DNA from: Squalus acanthias
Lineage: Eukaryota
Reading direction: 5' to 3'
DNA length: 64,000 bases
Assembly: GCA_030390025.1 (NCBI GenBank)
Contig: CM059432.1
Span: forward strand, 110,734,001 to 110,798,000
Made by a program: the position numbers and the translations under genes. The notes under the pieces are model-generated. The model had not been told where the DNA came from. It made no database searches and saw nothing but the letters and a program-made list of their open reading frames with translations. Below are positions 61,892-64,000 of this stretch, piece by piece. Each line of letters begins with the position of its first letter. The first letter of the stretch is position 1.

Positions 61892-62368
61892 GATGCGGAG
61901 ATGCTGGCGTTGGACTGGGGTGGACAAAAATGAGAAGTCGCACAACACCAGGTTATAGTCCAACAGATTTATTTAAAATTACAAGCTTTCGGAGCTGTCG
62001 CCCCTTCGTCAGGCAAAGTTACTGTGAGTGAATCTATCAGAATTAACAGAATATAAAAACACAGAGAAAATGCATAGATTAAATCTTTCCCTACATCAAA
62101 GACACACTAAGAGCACAGCCAAGACAATGAGCTGTGTCCCAGGGGGTCCAACGCGTCAGAACACCTGCTGGCTGCATATCCTCTCCATTTTTTGTGTTTG
62201 TTTCTTGTGTTTTTTTTTAAAAACTGGAAAGACCGGCAACGATGTCAAGTCACGTTCTATAGCGTGACATGAACCCGATATCCCGATTGAGGCCGTCCTC
62301 ATGAGTGCGGAACTAATTTTAAATAAATCTGTTGGACTATAACCTGGTGTTGTGCGACTTCTCATTTT
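61892..62368 (-). mobile_element. Miniature Penelope insertion with inverted end and 12-bp TSD
   Basis: TSD TATCACAGCCAC at 61880-61891 and 62369-62380; related to 12160-14696. Confidence 0.93.
61979..62016 (-). ncRNA. Minimal type I hammerhead ribozyme motif, core intact
   Basis: TTGC-CTGACGA-A-GGGGC GACA GCTCC-GAAA-GC-TT-GTAA. Confidence 0.78.
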
Positions 62369-62835
62369 TATCACAGCCACAGTGATAAAATAAAAGACAA
62401 CACAAAATAAACATTCCAAACCAAATTTATAAATGAAATCATGTCATATTGCATACAAACGTCAACTAATCACCCCTGTGCATTCCCCCAGTGCCTGTCT
62501 TCCGTGTGCCTTTGCCTGTCCTAGTGCTCCTACGCAGTGCTACCCTAGTGGTTGCAGCATGGCTGGAGGAAGGCTGCTGACTTTCAGTGGGTGTGACTGC
62601 AGATGGCTTTGGAGAAAAACCTCAAGCAACTCTGGGCCTAGAAGGCCTGGCTTCAGACTGCACCACTTCGGCATAGGCGACAGCAGTCTGGGCTGGCTGG
62701 CTGACAGGCAACAGCAAGGGCACTGGTGGAGTGGCAGTGGTGGGAGGACGAATACAGCATCCTGAGAGAGGACAGCAGGTTCATGCTCCACGGAGCCACT
62801 GCCACTTCCCCAGGGCAGTACCTCATCAATCCTAG

Positions 62836-64000
62836 CTACTCCCACCCCTTATGCATGTGCTTGATTCTCACTTTCACCACTTGCACTGCATCCATCGGAT
62901 GTACACATTCCTCAGAGGCACTCATAGGTCTGTCGTACCTGCCTTGCTGGAGTAGAGAGCAGAAAATGCCAGGGAGAGGGCCAGGACCGCAGGAGATAGT
63001 TGAATTGACCCCGGCGAAGGAGGAAGCACCTGAGACCAGCGGCATCTACAGCACCTTGAGCATCGGAGATGGCGAGGCTGGCGGACCAGCGGAGAAGGGT
63101 GACAGCATTGATCTTTCAGACCCGTATCTCCCACAAACAGCTTCACTTTCAGTGGCCTTCAGAACATTAGCAACTCTGGTCAAGTGATTCATGTGCATAT
63201 CAGCATTCTCAAAGTGCCATCACTAAATCTTACCTGTCTGTTCTCTCCTCCAGGGTCATCACATGAAGAGCACGAGCCCCTGTCCGGAGTGGTCGAAGAC
63301 TCCTCAGAGGAACTTATATCTTCTGAGGGTGCACCATCACAGGATACATGTGTTGCAGGCACCAGCGCAGATTCCAGCACATCTGTTAGGCTTGTTAGTC
63401 AGGTAGATGGGACGGCACTTGGTGGCTCACACGGCACAAGTGAGCCAGAGCAGACAGTGGTGGCAGGGATAGTCGAGGAGAGTACGCACCGGGGTGGGGT
63501 GGCGCAGTCCTCTCCAAGCTCTGCTCAACAGGTCAGATATGCAGAGCCCTTGGGGCTGGTACTGAAAAGGAGAATGCTGGAGGCACAGCAGCTATTGACT
63601 GAGGTATTGGCAGTCCTGCCGGGCACACTGTCCGCAGTGGCAGAGAGGATGGAGTAGTACAACTTAAACATATGTGGGGTGATGTCGTAGGGTGTCTCCA
63701 CTCTGCAATGTTCCACTGAGTGTGTGGCCACCTCCATGGAAATTGTAGCTGGTTGCTCACATGAGTCACTGCTGACAGCTGTTGTGGTCCGCCTGCAGGC
63801 TCAGACAGCCGCTGAACACACTCTGGGCGCGAATGTCTGTACCAACTTCAACGAGTTGATGGACAGACTTGATTGAGGGTTCCTAGGTGTCACTGATCTC
63901 CTCCACATTGCTCTCCCTCGTGCAAGCAAGACTGATGTCCCGCTGCCCGAGGAAGGTGGGGAGGAGGATGGTGGAACGGGCGAGATAAGTTCTGGCCTTT
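62836..64000 (+). mobile_element. Remnant of another Harbinger Myb/SANT gene (exons 2-3)
   Basis: PGPQEIVELTPAKEEA..LSIGDGEAG; acceptor ttctctcctccag near 63253; VLKRRMLEAQQLLTEVLAVLPGTLSAVAERME resembles other exon 3 copies. Confidence 0.55.

Larger units (their letters stand above)
61265..62835 (+). mobile_element. Internally deleted Harbinger: TIR, transposase 3' remnant (+), Myb 3' remnant (-)
   Basis: GGGCGTGAAATTGG; MEQTIGLLKQWFCCLDCSGGSLQYSAER..CCMLHNLAIMRAQPL. Confidence 0.8.

Overview
Vertebrate nuclear DNA, very probably from a cartilaginous fish (inferred from SacSINE1-like DeuSINEs and dense CR1, L2, Penelope and Harbinger repeats). The window is almost entirely nested transposable elements, and I recognise no host protein-coding gene. 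Two long intact ORFs exist: a Harbinger/PIF DDE transposase (20653-21807, minus) and a CR1 LINE ORF2 with endonuclease and reverse transcriptase (51157-54108, minus). Highlights: (1) the CR1 ORF2 has no AUG before its endonuclease domain and overlaps ORF1 in the -1 frame across an in-phase U_UUA_AAC slippery heptamer, which suggests programmed -1 ribosomal frameshifting; (2) Penelope-like elements with inverted ends, long TSDs and minimal type I hammerhead ribozyme motifs; (3) twin-priming-type 5' inversions in two non-L1 LINEs; (4) Harbinger MITEs with a covarying hairpin, plus a fully palindromic MITE; (5) four-layer TE nesting; (6) a weak candidate for a minus-strand spliced transcript in unique sequence. 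Boundaries of degenerate repeats are approximate and read by eye.
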